This document shows, in pieces, positions 63,026 through 64,000 of a stretch of 64,000 nt of DNA (position 1 is its first letter; each line of letters opens with the position of its first letter). Source of the stretch: Mobula birostris (taxonomy: Eukaryota); the NCBI RefSeq assembly GCF_030028105.1, contig NC_092384.1, positions 3,639,665 through 3,703,664 of the forward strand, given 5' to 3'. The notes beneath the pieces were generated by a model. It did no database searches, was not told where the DNA came from, and worked only from the letters and a program-made list of their open reading frames with translations. Made by a program: the position numbers and the translations under genes.

Positions 63026-63232
63026 TTGTCGTTCAGTCGTTAAGTCTTTAAGTCGAGTTCGACTCTTCGTGACGTCGTGGACCATAGGGTATACAGGGTG
63101 TTCATGGCGAGATACGGAATTAGATTGCCAGGCATTTGTCCCGCGCAGATACTGCTGCTGTCATGGCTGGTACCCGGCTGGGTTTGAACTCAGTTCCATC
63201 GGTCTTGGAGTCCAGTGCCGATGCACTGCGGT
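63026..63232 (-). mobile_element. tRNA-derived SINE with RTE-like tail (paralog of 10617-10812)
   Basis: Collinear, same B-box GTTCAAACCC. Confidence 0.65.
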
Positions 63233-63234
63233 AG

Positions 63235-64000
63235 TGTTCATAGGTTCATTATCCATGAGAAATCGGATAGCAGAGAGGAAGAAATATTTCTTTGAATCGC
63301 AAAATGTGTCATCACGCTTTTATACCTCCTTCCTCACGATTAGAATGAGAAGTGGAAATGTCCTGGGTAATGGAAGTCCCTAATGATGGACGCAGCCCTC
63401 CCGAGACACTGCTACTTGAAGGTGTCATGGATACTATGGATGCTAGCACCCATGATAGAACTGACTCGTTATATAACTTACTGCAGCTTCTTTCGATCAG
63501 TACAGTAGTCGCTCCCCAGTATGCCAGGCGGTGATGCAACCTGTCAAAATGCTCTCATGGTACATGTTTAAAAGTTCTCGAGGCTCTTAGGTGACAAACC
63601 AAATCTCCTCAAATTTCCAATGAAATAAAGACACTATCTTGCCCCCATTATAGCAACGTCGATATGTTAGGACCAGGTTAGTTCCCCAGAGATATTGACA
63701 CCAAGGAACTTGAAATTGCCCACTCTCTCCAAATTTGAGGATTGGTTTATGACTCCTCTTCCTACTGTTTCTGAAGACCTCGGTCAACTTTCTTGTCTTA
63801 CTGACGTTGAGTGAAAGGTCGTTGCTGCAACTCCACTCAGCTGGTTAATATCGCTGTCTGCTGTACGTCCTCCCCTTTCCATCTGAGATTCTGCCAACAA
63901 TTGTTGTATCATTACCAAATGTATTGCTGACATTTTAGCTATTCCTAGCTACATAGCCATGGATATAGAGAGAGTAGAAAATTGGGCCAAGGGCACATTC
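63235..64000 (-). mobile_element. Old Rex1/Babar-type LINE fragment (paralog of 10815-11575)
   Basis: Collinear with copy A at an offset of ~52.4 kb. Confidence 0.75.

Larger units (their letters stand above)
61440..64000 (+). repeat. Segmental (tandem) duplication of ~8990-11575
   Basis: Promoter, leader, intron, V exon, SINE and LINE remnant are collinear. Offsets: 52421 (ATG), 52407 (V exon), ~52425 (window end). Confidence 0.92.

Overview
Eukaryotic, repeat-dense genomic DNA, very probably from a cartilaginous fish (inferred from the CR1/Rex1-Babar/Penelope/V-SINE repeat mix). No prokaryote-type features (CRISPR, rRNA, operons) are present. Most long ORFs in the supplied track are fragments of CR1, Rex1/Babar, L1/Tx1, Gypsy, Penelope or Tc1 elements, or their antisense frames. 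The host-gene content is two tandem paralogs, about 52.4 kb apart, of a germline-joined VJ-type Ig-superfamily receptor resembling NKp30/NCR3. Copy A (9.2-16.2 kb) is a pseudogene in which leader, V, transmembrane and candidate cytoplasmic (ITIM-like) exons can be reconstructed. Copy B (61.6-62.2 kb) has an intact leader and V exon and continues beyond the window. Between them lies a decayed, pol-less endogenous retrovirus (22.05-25.74 kb, minus strand) that combines an ERV-L-like gag with a gamma-type env and has a diverged LTR pair. There is also a solo LTR with perfect target-site duplication. All alignments and counts were done by eye, and TE boundaries are approximate unless termini are stated.
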